A model generated the notes under the pieces. It did no database searches and was not told the DNA's origin. It was given only the letters and a program-made list of their open reading frames with translations. From NCBI GenBank assembly GCA_041674105.1, contig JBAYWK010000001.1, forward strand, positions 82,190-146,189: DNA of 64,000 nucleotides, given 5' to 3'. This document shows positions 28,686 through 38,978 of this stretch, piece after piece. The position numbers were made by a program, and so were the translations under genes. Every line of letters starts with the position of its first letter. Position 1 is the first letter of the stretch. Origin of the DNA: Minisyncoccota bacterium. GTDB taxonomy: Bacteria; Patescibacteriota; Minisyncoccia; Phycocordibacterales; DATDWN01.

Positions 28686-30485
28686 TTAATTTGGAATTAA
28701 CACTACTGTCTGACTTTGCCAATTATTTGAAATATCTACAGAAACATCTTGTGACTCATAGCCCACCTTAGAAAGAGATAGGGTATATCCCCCACTTGGA
28801 AGTGATGAAAAATATACTTGACCAGGAGGAGTACAAGAAGAAGTAAAAGTAAAAGCTATATCGGATATATTTGGTGTTGTCGCAATAGAAGATGAAAATA
28901 AACTTATTTTATATCTCAAATATCGTGAATTTGAATGAGATGAATGTAAGTTTTTATCCAAAGAAGTGTAATAACTACTTCCTGTACCGTCTGGGCCAAT
29001 AAAATTCCAAGTTCCACCGTCATTATTTGTGGCTATCTGAACACGGATAGGTTCTGGGTCACTTGGATTGTTCACTGGTTGACCTGTTGGGTTCCAATAC
29101 AAATTATTTAGATTACTAGAAACCCCCAAATCAAAAGAAGAAGAAGTGATTTCTCCATTAAGAACATATTCTCCAAATATTTTTTTCAAAGTAATATCTC
29201 CAGCAGGATTATTGACCTCTAAATTACCATCTGATAACAAATATCTTGTTAAATCCGTAGAGGTAGCTTGGCCTGAACCGGAAGACCAATCTGTCTGCAC
29301 TTTAAAACCTTGTCCTGTTATTTTTGATTCATCAAATCCGGTTTTAGATAATCTGACAGAAACATCAGAGAGAGGTAAGCCAGTAACGCTATCTTTGACG
29401 ATCACTAAAAGAGTTTTTGGATCTTTTGGTTCAACTATTAAGCTAAGATCCGTAGTGCTATTTGGTTCTATGAGCAAAGGAGCTATTGGGTTATACCCTA
29501 TCAGGTCATAGTTACTATCATTTAGTAATATAGAATATGTATCCCATTCTATATTATTTAAACTGTTCAAACCGCTAGAGTTTGTTTGTCCATTATAAGA
29601 ATATTTGATTATATCTGGAGAAGTCCCGATAAGTTTTGAACCCAAAACACTAAAACCAACGTTAGAAACATCTGAACAAGTATTTGTTTTTGAATAAACA
29701 TTTATCGTGCTCAAACGATCTATAACAAAACTAACCTGAGTAACTTGCCCGACCAATACGGTTGCATATGGTTTTGTAGGATTTGGGTTGGGTATGCTAG
29801 TAGGGTAAGTTTTGTCTGTAGAATAACCGGCTTTTGTGACTGTCACTTCATAAGCTTCAGCTCCAGGAGGAGCATCAACAATCTGCAACAAACCTTGATT
29901 ATTTGTAACATCATCTATAGAAATTGGAGGATTTATAAGATTGTTCTCAATATGAACCAAAGCTCCTTGTATAGGATTGCCGTAAGCATCAAAAACTTTA
30001 ATAAACAAAGCTCCGTTTGTAGATGCTGTCTCTAAATTTTTTGGCGAAACCCTTGTCGTCACAGCAATTGGAGTAAAGTTTTTACATAAAGAACAATCTA
30101 CCTCAATTTCCACAAGTTTATAATCTGCTGGAGAAAGATCATTTGGACTTCCCCCAAATGTACCATCAAAAGGATCGTCAACATTTCTAACTGTGGTCAA
30201 AACAGAAAAATTATAATCTCCTCTTTTTAAATTTTGACTATAGGTCAAAATCCCAGTTGGAATACTCCCACTTACTCCAACATCTGAATAAGATAAATTT
30301 CTTATTATTTCAAATTGTTCATTTACTAAATCTGTAGCTACTATCTTTGCCTCACTAGCCCTCACAACATCAAAAATAGAAATGTAGCTACTATAAACAG
30401 AAACAATGATTACCAGAAAAACAGCTACACCGACAATAAGTTCAACTAAAGTAAATCCTTTTTTGTTTTTTGGTAATCTAATCAT
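28686..30485 (-). CDS. Large type IV minor pilin (599 aa) with a prepilin N-terminal motif.
   Basis: KGFTLVELIVGVAVFLVII is followed by a Ser/Thr/Asn-rich extracellular region. Confidence 0.6.
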   Translation of the reverse strand: MIRLPKNKKGFTLVELIVGVAVFLVIIVSVYSSYISIFDVVRASEAKIVATDLVNEQFEIIRNLSYSDVGVSGSIPTGILTYSQNLKRGDYNFSVLTTVRNVDDPFDGTFGGSPNDLSPADYKLVEIEVDCSLCKNFTPIAVTTRVSPKNLETASTNGALFIKVFDAYGNPIQGALVHIENNLINPPISIDDVTNNQGLLQIVDAPPGAEAYEVTVTKAGYSTDKTYPTSIPNPNPTKPYATVLVGQVTQVSFVIDRLSTINVYSKTNTCSDVSNVGFSVLGSKLIGTSPDIIKYSYNGQTNSSGLNSLNNIEWDTYSILLNDSNYDLIGYNPIAPLLIEPNSTTDLSLIVEPKDPKTLLVIVKDSVTGLPLSDVSVRLSKTGFDESKITGQGFKVQTDWSSGSGQATSTDLTRYLLSDGNLEVNNPAGDITLKKIFGEYVLNGEITSSSFDLGVSSNLNNLYWNPTGQPVNNPSDPEPIRVQIATNNDGGTWNFIGPDGTGSSYYTSLDKNLHSSHSNSRYLRYKISLFSSSIATTPNISDIAFTFTSSCTPPGQVYFSSLPSGGYTLSLSKVGYESQDVSVDISNNWQSQTVVLIPN

Positions 30486-30514
30486 AATTAAAATCTGAAA
30501 CCAAAATATAAAAA

Positions 30515-31729
30515 CTACAGAGCATCTGCAAGAGAGTAAGTTGGAGCAAGCATTGATATAGCAAAAATACCCACGGCAGTTCCTATGACGATCATAAGTA
30601 AAGGCTCTATAACTGATGAAAGATCTTTTGTTTTTTGATCTACTTCTTCTTCATAAAAAGTAGCTACTCCTAAAAGCATTTCTCCTATCTTTCCAGTTTC
30701 CTCACCCACAGAAACCATTTCACCAACAAACAACGGGTACAAATTATCGTGAGAAAGAAATATATTGGAAATCTGTTCTCCTTTTTCTATAGCGGTTTCT
30801 ATTTCTGTCAAAACATTTTTATAATAAGAGTTTTGAATAACCTCTTTTGTAACCCCTATAGCAACAACAATATCTACTCCAGAAGAAATCAATGATGATA
30901 AAGTCCTAGCCGTACGAGCAGAATTCATTTGCTTTACCATCTCACCTATTATTGGAATACGTAGAGAGACTGTATCCAACATTATTTTCCCCATATTTGT
31001 TCTAAACCACAGAACTAGACCCACGATTAAAGCTAAAGTGCCCAATATGACAAAAAGAAAATAACCTTTGAGAAAATTACTAATCATAATAATTATTCTG
31101 GTAGACAAAGGTAGCTCAACACCAAGACCTGTAAAAGTCTCAGTCAAAGTAGGCACCATATAAACCATCATAAGCACAGCTATGACAATCATAAGTGAAA
31201 ATATAACAGCTGGATACATCATAGCTCCCTTAATTTTTTTAGTTAAAAGATATGTCTTCTCCATCTGCATACTGATATTTTTCAAAGCCAAAGAAAGATT
31301 TCCCGACTCTTCTCCAGCACTTACCATAGAAACAAATAATGTAGAGAAAATTTTTGGATGTCTAGACATTGAATCACTCAGAGTGTTTCCTTTACTTAAA
31401 GAATCCTGAAGATCGGCCAGAGTCTTTTTTAATGTTCCTTTTTTAGCTTGTCTTTCCATAATAGAAAGACCTCTAGTTATTGGAAGTCCTGCATCTATCA
31501 TTTGACTTAAATTTCTAGCAAAAACTATTTTATCGTGCATCTTAACAGAACTAAACAAAGAGATTTCCATTCTAAAAGAGAAAGCTTTTTTAGAGACTTC
31601 TCTGACAGAAACAACTCTGTCTCCCCTATCTTTTATCAACTCATAAACTTCATACTTATTACCAAACTCAACAGTATCCTCTACTGTGTTTCCTTCTTCA
31701 TCTATAGATTTGTAATAAAATAATGCCAT
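30515..31729 (-). CDS. pilC: Type IV pilus assembly platform protein PilC (GspF family).
   Basis: Two T2SF-like repeats with three TM segments in the canonical layout. Confidence 0.85.
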   Translation of the reverse strand: MALFYYKSIDEEGNTVEDTVEFGNKYEVYELIKDRGDRVVSVREVSKKAFSFRMEISLFSSVKMHDKIVFARNLSQMIDAGLPITRGLSIMERQAKKGTLKKTLADLQDSLSKGNTLSDSMSRHPKIFSTLFVSMVSAGEESGNLSLALKNISMQMEKTYLLTKKIKGAMMYPAVIFSLMIVIAVLMMVYMVPTLTETFTGLGVELPLSTRIIIMISNFLKGYFLFVILGTLALIVGLVLWFRTNMGKIMLDTVSLRIPIIGEMVKQMNSARTARTLSSLISSGVDIVVAIGVTKEVIQNSYYKNVLTEIETAIEKGEQISNIFLSHDNLYPLFVGEMVSVGEETGKIGEMLLGVATFYEEEVDQKTKDLSSVIEPLLMIVIGTAVGIFAISMLAPTYSLADAL

Positions 31730-31734
31730 AAAAA

Positions 31735-33489
31735 TTATTCTGATATAACACGCAAGACTTCTTCTATTGTTGTAACTCCTTGAACAGCTTTAAATATACC
31801 GTCCTCTAGCATTGTCAACATACCTTCTGACTCTGCCTGCTTTTGAATATCATCGGAAGTACCATTCTTTATAATTATTTCTTTTATTGCTGGAGAAACT
31901 TTTAAAACTTCATGAATTCCAATTCTACTCAAATACCATTCTTCAGCTGGGACATTTTTCTTTGGCCTCCAAAAATAAACATCTGCCCATTTATCAGATT
32001 TATTTATTATTTTTTCTTCTTTTAAGACATCTAATATTTTGTCTAGGTTAACAGATTTACCCAAAGTTTTTATTTCTGATTCTGTTAACTGGTATTTTTC
32101 TTTTTGATCAGAGAGTCTTCTTATAAGTCTCTGGGCAATAATTATATTTATTGTAGAAACAAGCAAGAAAGGCTCGACCTTCATATCCATAAGTCTTGGT
32201 ATAGCTCCAGCCGCAGAGTTTGTGTGCAGAGTTGAAAGAACTACGTGACCAGTAAGAGAAGCGTTCACAGCAAGAGAGGCTGTCTCATTATCTCGAATCT
32301 CACCGACCATAATAATATCTGGGTCTTGTCTAACTAAAGTCCTCATACCGTTAGCAAATGTAAAATTAATATCTGGTCTAACTTGAGTTTGATTTATTCT
32401 TTTCATCTGATACTCAACAGGATCCTCTATTGTAGAAATGTTTACATCTGGAGTATTTAAAATATCCAAAATAGTATATAAAGTTGTAGTTTTTCCAGAG
32501 CCAGTTGGACCTGTAGTCAAAATCATACCCGTAGTAGATTTTAGAGATTTATGTATCCTCTCCAAACCTTCACCATGAAAACCAAGCCCCTCTAAAGTAA
32601 AGCCTGACACGGTTTCCCTAAGGAGTCTCATAACAGTTTTTTCTCCATAATAAGTCGGTAGTGTAGAAACACGAAAAGAAACTTTTTCCCCATTCATATC
32701 TATTTTAAAACGACCATCTTGTGGAAGTCTTTTTTCATCCAACTTTAAACTAGATAGGACTTTTATTCTGGCTGTAATACTAGAAGAAACATTTTTGGGT
32801 AAAATCATAGCATCGTGGAGTATTCCATCTATTCTATATCTAACCAAAAGTTCATTCTCTTGTGGCTCTATATGAATATCAGACGCATCTTGTAAAATTG
32901 CGTGTTTCAAAAGAGTATCTACAATACGAACAACAGGGACATCATCTGCCCTCTTCTTGAGATCTTGTTCTGAAACATCTTCCTCGGAATTTTCATCTGG
33001 AATACTTTTTAGAGAAATAACATCCTTTTGTATCAACTCCCCAAACTCAGCTTTCAAACTTTTCTGATACTGCAAAAGAACATTCTTCATTGACTCACTA
33101 TCTGTCAGTCTGGGAAGAATTTTTAGACCAACTTTTTTCTTTACAAAATCAATAGCAGTCAAATCCTCTGTATCAAGCATAGCGACCTCTAGAGAAGAGT
33201 CTGTTTTTTTGAAAGCCACGATATTGTGATTTCTAGCAATTGGCTCAGGAATAAGAGATAAAACCTCGAAAGGAATCTTTTCTAATTTTAAATCAACAAA
33301 AGGAATACCCAAAATATAAGCTTGCATTCTCCTTAAATCATTTTCAGTAAGTTTCCCGTCATTTACCAAAAGCTTCCCAATACTCTCTCCAGAATCTTTA
33401 TGTTTTTTTTCGGCATCCAAAACATCGGCTCTTGAAACAAGGCCTGAATCTAAAATAAAATCTTTTAATTGTGATTCTTCAATGTGCAT
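31735..33489 (-). CDS. pilB: Type IV pilus assembly ATPase PilB (GspE family).
   Basis: An N-terminal GSPII_E_N domain is followed by a Walker A GPTGSGKTTTLY and a His box. Confidence 0.9.
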   Translation of the reverse strand: MHIEESQLKDFILDSGLVSRADVLDAEKKHKDSGESIGKLLVNDGKLTENDLRRMQAYILGIPFVDLKLEKIPFEVLSLIPEPIARNHNIVAFKKTDSSLEVAMLDTEDLTAIDFVKKKVGLKILPRLTDSESMKNVLLQYQKSLKAEFGELIQKDVISLKSIPDENSEEDVSEQDLKKRADDVPVVRIVDTLLKHAILQDASDIHIEPQENELLVRYRIDGILHDAMILPKNVSSSITARIKVLSSLKLDEKRLPQDGRFKIDMNGEKVSFRVSTLPTYYGEKTVMRLLRETVSGFTLEGLGFHGEGLERIHKSLKSTTGMILTTGPTGSGKTTTLYTILDILNTPDVNISTIEDPVEYQMKRINQTQVRPDINFTFANGMRTLVRQDPDIIMVGEIRDNETASLAVNASLTGHVVLSTLHTNSAAGAIPRLMDMKVEPFLLVSTINIIIAQRLIRRLSDQKEKYQLTESEIKTLGKSVNLDKILDVLKEEKIINKSDKWADVYFWRPKKNVPAEEWYLSRIGIHEVLKVSPAIKEIIIKNGTSDDIQKQAESEGMLTMLEDGIFKAVQGVTTIEEVLRVISE

Positions 33490-33644
33490 GGTGCTTTCAG
33501 ATTTTAAGTTTTTTCATCGTCCTCGATTTTTATAAAAAACTAAAATCTTATATTATGTAATCTTGTTTTTATTATATCAAAAAAACAAAAACTAAACTTA
33601 AATAATGTGTATAAATTAATAACTTTCTAAAAAAATTATGTGAT

Positions 33645-33673
33645 TTGACAAAATTGTCCTGATTTGATAATAT
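33645..33673 (+). promoter_or_regulatory. sigma70-like promoter for nusA (TTGACA-17-TAATAT).
   Basis: tgatTTGACAaaattgtcctgatttgaTAATATatac. A small hairpin plus T-run (cgcccaacggcgggctaatttttt) lies in the leader. Confidence 0.5.
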
Positions 33674-33783
33674 ATACAGGTATTTGATATGAAGTTCGCC
33701 CAACGGCGGGCTAATTTTTTACCAAAAATTAGGATTCGATAAAAATTAGAAAGCGTTAGTTAAAAGTCTGCAACAAAAATATT

Positions 33784-34932
33784 ATGTCTGATTTAAAAGT
33801 AATAAACTCTGTGTTGACCCAACTTGAAGAAGAAAGGGGCATACCACAAGAAAAAATAATAGAAGCAATAGAAATGGCTCTAGCCACTGCCTATAAAAAA
33901 GAGTATGGCAAAAAAGGTCAGATTGTTAGGGCTAAATTTGACCTAAATACAGGAAAAACTGAAATGTTTCAGGTTAAAATTGTAGTAGATGAATCTACTG
34001 TAGTAATAGACCCTGAAGATGATGTTGAAATACCGGAAGATAAAACTATCTATAACCCAGAACACCACATAATGATTGTGGATGCTAGAAGAATAAAAAA
34101 GGATGTTGAGCTAGGTGAAGAAATGATTTTTCCACTAGAACCTTATGATGATTATGGAAGAATTGCTGCTCAAACAGCAAAACAAGTAATTATGCAAAAA
34201 ATAAGAGAGGCTGAGAAAGTTTCTGTCTTAGGTGAATACGGAAAAAAAGAAGGTGAAATTGTTTCCGGAACAGTCCAAAGAATAGAAAGAGGTAATATTT
34301 TCGTTGATATGGGCCGTGCCACAGGTATACTCCCCTACGAAGAACAAATACCAGGTGAAAGATTTGGTCAAGGAGAAAGAATAAGAGCTTATCTTTATAA
34401 AGTTGAAGAAAATATAAAAGGAATATTCCTTAGACTTTCTAGATCTCACCCTAAATTCCTAGAGAAACTCTTTGAAACAGAGTCTCCTGAAATAGCCAAC
34501 GGAACTGTGGTTATAAAATCTATCGCTAGAGAAGCAGGTAGTAGAACAAAAGTAGCTGTTTACTCAGAAGACGAACATATTGATCCTGTTGGATCTATGG
34601 TTGGCCAAAGAGGAGTCAGGGTAGCTACAGTAATGAGCGAAATAGGTGGAGAAAAAATAGACATCATAGAATGGTCAGAAGATCCTAAAAAATTCATAGA
34701 AGATGCTCTTTCTCCTGCAAAAATACTATCTGTTGAACTAGATGAGGTTGAAAAACAAGCTCATATAGAGGTTTCAGAAGACCAGCAATCTTTAGCTATT
34801 GGTAAAGGAGGTCAGAATGTCCGCCTAGCAGCCAAATTAACTGGTTGGAAGATAGATATAAAATCTTTAGCGTCAGAGATAAAAGATAAAGAAGAAAAAA
34901 AAGATTATTCCACTGAAGATTCAGACGAATAA
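33784..34932 (+). CDS. nusA: Transcription termination/antitermination factor NusA.
   Basis: An N-terminal NusA domain is followed by S1 and two KH domains (…IGKGGQNVRLAAKLTGWKIDI…). Confidence 0.9.
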   Translation: MSDLKVINSVLTQLEEERGIPQEKIIEAIEMALATAYKKEYGKKGQIVRAKFDLNTGKTEMFQVKIVVDESTVVIDPEDDVEIPEDKTIYNPEHHIMIVDARRIKKDVELGEEMIFPLEPYDDYGRIAAQTAKQVIMQKIREAEKVSVLGEYGKKEGEIVSGTVQRIERGNIFVDMGRATGILPYEEQIPGERFGQGERIRAYLYKVEENIKGIFLRLSRSHPKFLEKLFETESPEIANGTVVIKSIAREAGSRTKVAVYSEDEHIDPVGSMVGQRGVRVATVMSEIGGEKIDIIEWSEDPKKFIEDALSPAKILSVELDEVEKQAHIEVSEDQQSLAIGKGGQNVRLAAKLTGWKIDIKSLASEIKDKEEKKDYSTEDSDE

Positions 34933-34983
34933 TATACTTTTCGATAAATAATTTGTATACTAAGTGAACTAACATTAAAAAAT

Positions 34984-35496
34984 ATGAATTTACTAAAAGA
35001 TATACCTGCTGGAACAGTGGATGAAATGAATGTCATAGTAGAAATACGAAAAGGTTCTCATAATAAATATGAAATAGACAAACAAACTGGCCTAATCGCT
35101 CTAGACAGGGTTTATCACACCACCCAAGATACACCTTTTGATTATGGTTTTGTTCCTCAAACACTATGGGAAGACGGCGACCCCTTGGATGTCATAATCC
35201 TAACAACCTACCCATTAGATATTGGAATATTAGTAAAGGTTCGTCCAGTTGGACTAATGGATATGATAGATTCTGGAGAAGGAGATGCAAAAATAATAGC
35301 AGTGCCTGTATCTGATCCAAGATGGAATGATACAAAAGACCTAAGTGACATAAATAAACATATATTAAAAGAAATGGAGCATTATTTTACAACTTACAAA
35401 ATGCTTCAAGGCAAAGAGGTCATCATAAAAGGATTTGAAAACAAAGAGTCTGCTAAAAAAGCCTTTGAAAAAGCTATTCTTGCCTACAAGAGCTAA
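34984..35496 (+). CDS. ppa: Inorganic pyrophosphatase (family I).
   Basis: …EIRKGSHNKYEIDKQTG…DGDPLDV… are present. Confidence 0.9.
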   Translation: MNLLKDIPAGTVDEMNVIVEIRKGSHNKYEIDKQTGLIALDRVYHTTQDTPFDYGFVPQTLWEDGDPLDVIILTTYPLDIGILVKVRPVGLMDMIDSGEGDAKIIAVPVSDPRWNDTKDLSDINKHILKEMEHYFTTYKMLQGKEVIIKGFENKESAKKAFEKAILAYKS

Positions 35497-35596
35497 ATAA
35501 ACTAAGAGGAAAAGAATACAAAAAACCCGTAAAGCATCTTTTGCTTGCGGGTTTTTAGGTGTATAATGTATATATTAACAGGTAAGCACGAAAATA

Positions 35597-36283
35597 ATGA
35601 AAATAATAATATCTTATGCATTAATTTCTTCTTTCATACTGTTTGGGTATGCCGGTTTTACCTATGCACAAGCGGATGTGACAGTTCAAACACAAACAGA
35701 AGTTAAAGATGGAGAAGAATTGAAATTTAGGAATGAATCCAGTGGTAGTGCATCTGTCAAAGCAAGGGCAGAACAAGAGAGAAAAGACCGACTAGAGCAG
35801 AAAAAAGCTGATTTTGCTGAGAACCAACAAGAAAGAAAAACTGAAAATCAAGAAAAAAAGGATGAAGTGAAAAAAGATAAAGTGGAGAGTAGAGAAACTT
35901 TAATAAAATTGAGAATGGAAAGTCATTTAAAACTTATAGTAGCTAGGTTTGAAGCCACAATAGAAAGACTTGGAAATATTATAGGAAGAGTTGAAAGTCG
36001 TATAAATAAAATGAAAGAAAATGGAGAAAATACAGAAAAAGCTGAAGCTTCTATTGTAGTGGCGAAAGAAAACCTACAGGAAGCAAAAGATTCTTTGGTA
36101 ATATTTAAAAATTCTGTAAATGCTGAAATAGGAACTCCAGCAGAAACACCTCTTGGAACAAAAATCTCTGAAATGAAAAAGCTCACAGAAGAAACAAAAA
36201 ATTATCTGAGAGAAAGCCACCAAGCAACGGTTCAGGCAGTAATTTATCTAAAGGCATCATCTACAGTAGAAACAACAAATTAA
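35597..36283 (+). CDS. Secreted coiled-coil hypothetical protein.
   Basis: A signal peptide MKIIISYALISSFILFGYAGFTYAQA is followed by a charged heptad-rich sequence. Confidence 0.45.
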   Translation: MKIIISYALISSFILFGYAGFTYAQADVTVQTQTEVKDGEELKFRNESSGSASVKARAEQERKDRLEQKKADFAENQQERKTENQEKKDEVKKDKVESRETLIKLRMESHLKLIVARFEATIERLGNIIGRVESRINKMKENGENTEKAEASIVVAKENLQEAKDSLVIFKNSVNAEIGTPAETPLGTKISEMKKLTEETKNYLRESHQATVQAVIYLKASSTVETTN

Positions 36284-36305
36284 TCATATAAGTAATAAAA
36301 ATATT

Positions 36306-36593
36306 ATGGAAGAAAACAAATCATCTATAGGGTCTATAATAGGAACAATCATAATAATCGCTTTGATTATTTTGGGAGGTTTGTATTTCTGGGGTAAAAA
36401 AATAGAAAACTCAAGAAATGCACAAGAACTAACATCAGAAGATGTAATGACTGACGAAGAAATAGCTGCTGAGTCAGACTCAATAAAACAAACAAACTCT
36501 TCTGACAGTATTCAATCTATAGAAACAGACCTGTCAGCAACGAATATAGATAATATTGATGCTGAACTAAATAGCCAAGCAGAACTACAATAA
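36306..36593 (+). CDS. Small single-pass membrane hypothetical protein with an acidic tail.
   Basis: The TM helix is IGSIIGTIIIIALIILGGLYFW. Confidence 0.4.
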   Translation: MEENKSSIGSIIGTIIIIALIILGGLYFWGKKIENSRNAQELTSEDVMTDEEIAAESDSIKQTNSSDSIQSIETDLSATNIDNIDAELNSQAELQ

Positions 36594-36708
36594 TCTTAGT
36601 TACAGAAAAAAAGCAAAAAACACTCGTCATGAGTGTTTTTTGTTATACTTGCAAACAAACGGTCATTATTATAAAGTGAGCAAGTATTTAGACTTAGAAT
36701 ATAAAATT

Positions 36709-37782
36709 ATGTCACAAAGAAACTATACCAATATAAAATTAAATCCCCTACCAGAAAGAGAACTTGAAATTGTCGGATCTATTACTCTTGAAAAAATGAA
36801 CTCTGCCAGAGAAGAAGCTTTGAAAAAAATAGCCTCTAGCGTAGAAATAGATGGTTTTAGAAAAGGAAATGCCCCTATATCTGTGGTAGCTCAAAAAGTC
36901 GGTGAAATGAAAATACTAGAAGAAGCAGCTGAATCTGCTCTAAATGATGAATACCCTAAAATACTAGAGGAAAACAACATAGATGCAATAGGTAGACCAG
37001 AAATAACCATCACAAAAATAGCTCCTCAAAATCCACTGGAATTTAAAATAAAAACTGCCTTGATGCCTGAAATAAAACTGCCTGACTACAAAAAAATATC
37101 AAAAGAAGAATCAAACAAAAAACTAGAAAAAGTGGAAGTTTCAAATTTTGAAGTAGACGATATGATTTTAAATATCAGAAAAAATGTTTATCACCAAATG
37201 CTCCATCAAAATGAAGGTTTACATGAGCACGACCACAGCCACGGAGAAATAAAAGAGGAAGACCTACCAGAAATGAACAGTGATTTCCTAAAAATGATTG
37301 GTGATTTTAAAGATGTAGAAGATTTAAAAGTAAAAGTTAAAGAAAGTCTGGTCCAAGAAAAAGAACTGAAAGAAAAAGATAAGAAAAGAATAAATCTTCT
37401 TGAAAACATAATTGAAAAAGCAACTATAGAGATGCCGAAAATAATTATAGAAGGAGAATTGGATAAAATGATGGCTCAATTTAAAGATGACTTAGCTGGA
37501 TCCAATATCCTCCTAGAAGAATACCTGAAACAAATAAAGAAAACTGAAGAAGATTTAAGATCTGAGTGGAAAGAAACTGCTGTAAAAAGAGCAAAATCCC
37601 AAATAGTCTTAAACACAATCGCTAAAGAACAAGGTATAAAACCAGAAGAGGAAGATATAAAAAAAGAAATGGAACATATACTTTCTCACCACAAAGATGC
37701 AGAAAGATTTCGTGTCAGAATGTATGTAGAGACATTTATGACCAACGAGCTTGTGTTTAAATTTTTGGAGGAAGGAAAATAA
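36709..37782 (+). CDS. tig: Trigger factor lacking the central FKBP/PPIase domain.
   Basis: The ribosome-binding N-domain GFRKGNAP is joined directly to a C-terminal chaperone arm. The start was moved to the ATG at 36709 (MSQRNYT…). Confidence 0.75.
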   Translation: MSQRNYTNIKLNPLPERELEIVGSITLEKMNSAREEALKKIASSVEIDGFRKGNAPISVVAQKVGEMKILEEAAESALNDEYPKILEENNIDAIGRPEITITKIAPQNPLEFKIKTALMPEIKLPDYKKISKEESNKKLEKVEVSNFEVDDMILNIRKNVYHQMLHQNEGLHEHDHSHGEIKEEDLPEMNSDFLKMIGDFKDVEDLKVKVKESLVQEKELKEKDKKRINLLENIIEKATIEMPKIIIEGELDKMMAQFKDDLAGSNILLEEYLKQIKKTEEDLRSEWKETAVKRAKSQIVLNTIAKEQGIKPEEEDIKKEMEHILSHHKDAERFRVRMYVETFMTNELVFKFLEEGK

Positions 37783-37783
37783 T

Positions 37784-38491
37784 TTACCTCCCCAAAAGAA
37801 ACAAAGTAGCTACAGCCACGCTAGCAGTCTCTCCCCTTAGAACAAGAGATCCAAGAGAAAATATTTCTATTTTTTTATCCTTAAACATTTTTATTTCTTC
37901 TTCAGAAAATCCTCCTTCAGGACCAACAAAAATAAGAAAAGATCCTTCTCTATCTATAACTTCCCTATCGAGTAGCAAACCTTCAGGATGAAGGGCGATT
38001 ACATTTTGAAAATCAGACAAAAAAGAACTGTCTAAAAAATCTTTTAGATTCATAGGCTCGTTTACCATAGGTACATCACCCCTTCCAGATTGTTCAGAAG
38101 CTTCAAGAGCTATTTTTTTCGCTCTAGCAATATTTAAATTTTTCTTCTCACTTCTTTCAGAAATGATAGGTTGTATGAAAGAAACACCAAGTTCTGTAGC
38201 TTTTTGTATGACGAGTTCTATGTTCTCTTTTTTCAGAAGTGAAATAGCTAATCCGACACATCTAGAAATTTTTGGAGTTTTCTTTTTTGAAACAATAGTC
38301 AGGGTCGCGCCCAAATTCCTTAGACTAGAAATAAAAGCTAGATAATCATAACCAGAGCCATTAAAAACAACCACCTGACTACCGACGTTGTATCGAAAGA
38401 CATTTTTCCATTGATGGACAAGGTCTTTGTCGGTAATATCAACAGTTTCTCCTTCTATTTGTTTATCTATGTAAAACCTATGTAATCTCAT
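37784..38491 (-). CDS. rsmE: 16S rRNA (uracil1498-N3)-methyltransferase RsmE.
   Basis: MRLHRFYID… PUA-like N-terminus followed by a SPOUT domain. Confidence 0.8.
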   Translation of the reverse strand: MRLHRFYIDKQIEGETVDITDKDLVHQWKNVFRYNVGSQVVVFNGSGYDYLAFISSLRNLGATLTIVSKKKTPKISRCVGLAISLLKKENIELVIQKATELGVSFIQPIISERSEKKNLNIARAKKIALEASEQSGRGDVPMVNEPMNLKDFLDSSFLSDFQNVIALHPEGLLLDREVIDREGSFLIFVGPEGGFSEEEIKMFKDKKIEIFSLGSLVLRGETASVAVATLFLLGR

Positions 38492-38536
38492 TAAAAATAG
38501 CTTACGTCAAATAAAGATAAAAGAAAAGCCTGAGGT

Positions 38537-38562
38537 GTGACAACCTCAGGCATAATACAAGG
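38537..38562 (-). terminator. Intrinsic terminator on the minus strand, just upstream of the rsmE start.
   Basis: gcctgaggtgtgacaacctcaggc is a 9-bp perfect stem, followed on the minus strand by ttttcttttatc. Confidence 0.6.
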
Positions 38563-38860
38563 AGTATAACAACTCCGAGTTATAGAAAATAGAAGGACCT
38601 TGATCTCTAGAGATGCCCGTTGCCGTTTATCTGAGGAGATACCTTCCTCCTTCCCCCTCCTAGGTGATTTGCTCCCGAGTCACCCATTCCTTCAGAGCGG
38701 TGACTGTGGCACTCGTTTCCTTTATTGTAGATACTCAAAATGACGTTGCACCCAGGACGCCTACACCTCCTTCCTTCTTTTTGAGTAATACAAGCACCCT
38801 TCTTCGAAAAAAGCTCAGGTCTTACTGACATTGTTTTCCTTTCCTTCTAAACTATAAACC
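38563..38860 (-). ncRNA. Candidate structured non-coding RNA of about 300 nt, class undetermined.
   Basis: The GC-enriched segment carries nested hairpins (gggcatctctagagatc, gggtgactcgggagcaaatcacc), ends at a strong minus-strand terminator, and has no conserved ORF. The 74-aa ORF at 38607..38831 is Cys/Arg-rich and is probably spurious. Confidence 0.35.
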
Positions 38861-38978
38861 TTTTTAAAATTTATTGTCAAATATAAAATTGCCTAAAATG
38901 TTTTTTCTGTTATACTCATATAATAGTTAACAAGTAAACAATTGATTAAATTTTAACAAAATAACAAATAATAAAGAC

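Noticed and set aside
38607-38831. 74-aa minus-strand ORF rich in Cys, Arg and Gly.
   Set aside because: It lies inside a GC-enriched, hairpin-rich segment better explained as structured RNA. It has no Shine-Dalgarno and a composition-driven translation.
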